From: Candidatus Poribacteria bacterium
GTDB lineage: Bacteria > Poribacteria > WGA-4E > WGA-3G
Direction of reading: 5' to 3'
DNA: 64,000 nt
NCBI GenBank assembly: GCA_965205065.1
Contig: CBDBFT010000001.1
Span: 5,681,821 to 5,745,820, forward strand
The notes under the pieces were generated by a model. It was given only the letters and a program-made list of their open reading frames with translations, did no database searches and was not told the DNA's origin. Shown here piece after piece: positions 61,498 to 64,000 of this stretch. Positions within the stretch are counted from its first letter, which is position 1. Every line of letters starts with the position of its first letter. The position numbers were made by a program, and so were the translations under genes.

Positions 61498-63849
61498 ATG
61501 TTCTCAAAGTTAGGACAACAGAACGGTAACAGATTTAGCAGCAATCTTGAATCGCATCAACATGGTCACGGTTTCGGGACTGCTCCGGTCTTTTTGGCTT
61601 CTATTAGTACGATTTTAGGTGCGATTCTTTTCTTAAGATTTGGCTATGCTGTCGGTCATATTGGTCTCTTTCAGAGTCTCGGCGTTATTGCACTGGGTCA
61701 TCTTGTGACTATTCCAACAGTTTTAGCAGTATCAGAGATTGCGACCAACAGACGTGTTGCTGGTGGTGGTGCGTATTACATCGTGAGTCGATCGTTCGGT
61801 ACCAGTATTGGTGGAACGATCGGTTTTGCTTTATTCCTTTCACAAGCGATTTCTATCGCATTTTATATGGTTGCGTTGGCGGCAGCTTGTGAACCGGTCT
61901 TTGATTTCATAAAAACAAAATATGAATTGGAGAATCCGATTAACATTCGTTTCTTGAGCATTCCGTGCACAATCATTCTCATCCTGCTCATGTTGACGAA
62001 GGGGGCTAACATGGGGGTGTCAATGCTATGGGTCATCTGCGCGATATTGGCTGCCTCCCTCGCAGCTTTCTTCTTGGGTTCTGAGTTGCCTGTTGGTGAA
62101 ATAGTTAACGGGATTGATGCTGCTGATTTGCCAGAAAAGTTGACTAATGGAGATGTTCCTGTTGAACAGTCGTCAAAGAGTCTGGACTTTAATGCAAGAA
62201 TTGAAGATGGAGATTCGTTTGGAAGAGTATTTGCGATCTGTTTTCCTGCCTTTACGGGTATGATTGCAGGTTTAGGTTTATCAGGTGATTTGCGGAATCC
62301 GCAACGGAGTATACCTCTCGGCACGATTGCTGCTACTGTAGCAGGCATGGTGGTTTATGTTCTCGTAGCCTTTAAGCTTGCACAAAGTGCTACACCTGAG
62401 CAACTTGCTGGCGACAAATTCATTATGGCACGTATATCAATATGGGATGCCGCGATATATATCGGATTAGCTGCAGCATCGTTGTCTTCAGCGTTAGGAT
62501 CGATTATGATTGCACCGCGGACATTGCAGGCACTTGCAAGAGATAATGTCCTTCCGATTCCTGCCCTGAACCGTTTGATGGGTACAGGAGTTGGTAAGAC
62601 GCAGGAACCTATACCTGCGACATTCGTATCGGGTGCAATTGCAATAGTGTTTGTCGCCATAGGTGAACTCAACTTCATTGCCCAGATTCTGACGATGTTT
62701 TTCTTAGTTACTTATGGAGCATTATGTGTCGTATCATTTCTTGAACATTTTGCTGGGAATCCATCTTACCGTCCTACGTTCCATTCTCGCTGGTATGTAT
62801 CTCTGTTAGGAGTTGTTATGTCGGGTATGATGATGATACAGATCAGTGTGTTATATGCGTTCATATCTATATTTTTGATGATAGCGATTTACATCGGATT
62901 GCGTCGGGGTCATCGTGAACATCCTGGTATGTCAGGTATTTTTCAAGGTGCGATGATTCAGTTAACACGTTGGTTACAGACTACGTTGCAAAAAGACCGG
63001 GTAAACCTATCAGAGAGTGGGTGGAGACCTTCTATTGTAGGTATAACCCAATTCGGAGAGAGACGTTTGGGTCACTTCGATTTACTACGATGGATATGTC
63101 ATAGACAGGGATTTGGTCATTTCATTCAGTTTTTTCCTGGAGATTACTCGTTTCCCGAAGAGATCTCTGCTCGGTTACATGTTGATGCGTTGATTCAACA
63201 GACAGAGGCGAGTAAAGCGGGCATTTTTGTCGACTCGTTGATATGTCCAAATTTTCAGCTTGCGTTGGCACAAGTGTTACAGATGCCAGGATATGCTGGT
63301 TTACCGAACAACTCTATCCTGCTTGAATTTGATGAGGATCATCCTGAAGAGATCCCAGAAGTTACGCAGGGCGCATTACTTGCGGCGGAATCACTTTTTA
63401 ATGTGTTGATACTGCGTTCAACGAAGTACCGATTTGGCTATCGCTCGTCCATCCATGTGTGGGTAACCGATGATAACATCTCGAATGTGCCGATGATGCT
63501 ATTGCTTGCTTATATTTTAGTCGGTCACCCGGAATGGAAACGCGCGAAGATAAGGCTTTTCGCCTGCTCAGATTCTTGGGATACTGAATTGGAAGCAGAT
63601 CATCTTTCAACCGTTATCAAGGAAGGTAGACTTCCAATCTCTATGCAGAATTTAACGTCAGTCACTTATGACAGTCCGGAATCCTTGGAGCAGGAGGTAA
63701 CACAAAGGTCTTCACAGGCGGACCTTGTCATTGTTGGTTTAACAGCAGAGGATCTGAATTCAGCTGATTTAGACCTAATTTTACAGCGTTACGACGGTGT
63801 GAACGATGTTCTGTTTGTCCACTCAATTGAACAGATTCCGATTGAATAA
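61498..63849 (+). CDS. Cation-chloride cotransporter-like (SLC12/CCC, APC superfamily) permease with a large cytoplasmic C-terminal domain
   Basis: GTAPVFLASISTILGAILFLRFGYAVGHIG is the SLC12-type TM1 motif. About 12 TM helices, then a soluble domain of about 300 aa. Confidence 0.8.
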   Translation: MFSKLGQQNGNRFSSNLESHQHGHGFGTAPVFLASISTILGAILFLRFGYAVGHIGLFQSLGVIALGHLVTIPTVLAVSEIATNRRVAGGGAYYIVSRSFGTSIGGTIGFALFLSQAISIAFYMVALAAACEPVFDFIKTKYELENPINIRFLSIPCTIILILLMLTKGANMGVSMLWVICAILAASLAAFFLGSELPVGEIVNGIDAADLPEKLTNGDVPVEQSSKSLDFNARIEDGDSFGRVFAICFPAFTGMIAGLGLSGDLRNPQRSIPLGTIAATVAGMVVYVLVAFKLAQSATPEQLAGDKFIMARISIWDAAIYIGLAAASLSSALGSIMIAPRTLQALARDNVLPIPALNRLMGTGVGKTQEPIPATFVSGAIAIVFVAIGELNFIAQILTMFFLVTYGALCVVSFLEHFAGNPSYRPTFHSRWYVSLLGVVMSGMMMIQISVLYAFISIFLMIAIYIGLRRGHREHPGMSGIFQGAMIQLTRWLQTTLQKDRVNLSESGWRPSIVGITQFGERRLGHFDLLRWICHRQGFGHFIQFFPGDYSFPEEISARLHVDALIQQTEASKAGIFVDSLICPNFQLALAQVLQMPGYAGLPNNSILLEFDEDHPEEIPEVTQGALLAAESLFNVLILRSTKYRFGYRSSIHVWVTDDNISNVPMMLLLAYILVGHPEWKRAKIRLFACSDSWDTELEADHLSTVIKEGRLPISMQNLTSVTYDSPESLEQEVTQRSSQADLVIVGLTAEDLNSADLDLILQRYDGVNDVLFVHSIEQIPIE

Positions 63850-63886
63850 ACAAGTAACTTCAATATAGAGAATTAGGTCATGCAAG

Positions 63887-64000
63887 ATGGATGAAATATG
63901 GAATCAGATTACAGAATTCCTCAATACGCCTGTGATCGAGTTGGATAATCCTGTCTCTTGGGGGAACATATTAACACTGTTTGGATTTTTGGCGGTATGG
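63887..64000 (+). CDS. 5' end of an ORF running off the window (possibly a mechanosensitive-channel-like membrane protein)
   Basis: MDEIWNQITEFLNTPVIELDNPVSWGNILTLFGFLAVW. Only 38 codons are visible, so the functional guess is weak. Confidence 0.3.
   Translation, partial: MDEIWNQITEFLNTPVIELDNPVSWGNILTLFGFLAVW

Noticed and set aside
61863-62678. ORFs of 161 aa and 107 aa antisense to the SLC12-like permease
   Set aside because: They are antisense shadows of a long, motif-supported membrane protein gene.
1-64000. rRNA, tRNA, tmRNA, riboswitch or group II intron signatures
   Set aside because: No cloverleaf-compatible segment, rRNA-like conserved block or intron domain V/VI-like motif was noticed in the intergenic regions. 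This was a manual scan, so it is not exhaustive.

Overview
AT-rich (about 40% GC by eye) bacterial chromosomal window. I recognised no rRNA, tRNA or CRISPR array. It falls into three blocks. (1) 1-19.2 kb is an accessory, defence-flavoured and visibly decayed region. It holds a prokaryotic viperin translationally coupled to a Tmk-like kinase, a beta-CASP metallo-beta-lactamase nuclease, and a 589-aa orphan protein. The viperin operon and the nuclease gene are each preceded by a duplicated upstream module with an invariant 20-nt palindromic core. The block also holds an IS5-superfamily element with a frameshifted transposase, a remnant of a second copy, a signal-less trypsin-like protease fused to TPRs, and a fragment of a protease paralogue cut by an IS630-like element. 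It ends with a 2.1-kb non-coding thicket of nested repeats, a stand-alone Pnkp-type RNA repair enzyme with no Hen1, and an Rpn-family nuclease. (2) 19.2-49.4 kb is one uninterrupted co-directional (+) array of about 20 genes. Three tandem internalin-type LRR proteins, an FG-GAP/ASPIC protein and three tandem Tat-signal iduronate-2-sulfatase-like sulfatases all end in the same tripartite C-terminal cassette: a double dockerin-like EF-hand, a helical linker, and an NYPNPFNPETWIPY sorting/FlgD-Ig-like domain. These genes are interleaved with a Wzx/Wzy-type polysaccharide locus carrying four sulfotransferases. (3) 49.4-64 kb is mostly housekeeping-like: SDR, PgeF, TatA/TatC, Gfo/Idh/MocA, membrane proteins, a signal-less sulfatase, a Uma2 endonuclease with a 42-bp tandem repeat, a truncated CorA and an SLC12-like transporter. 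Several families of short hairpin repeats are scattered through the intergenic DNA. The gene content (eukaryote-like LRR proteins, many sulfatases, this CTD type) is reminiscent of marine, possibly host-associated candidate-phylum bacteria. Taxonomy cannot be established from this window alone. All similarity statements are by-eye motif recognition; no database search was run.
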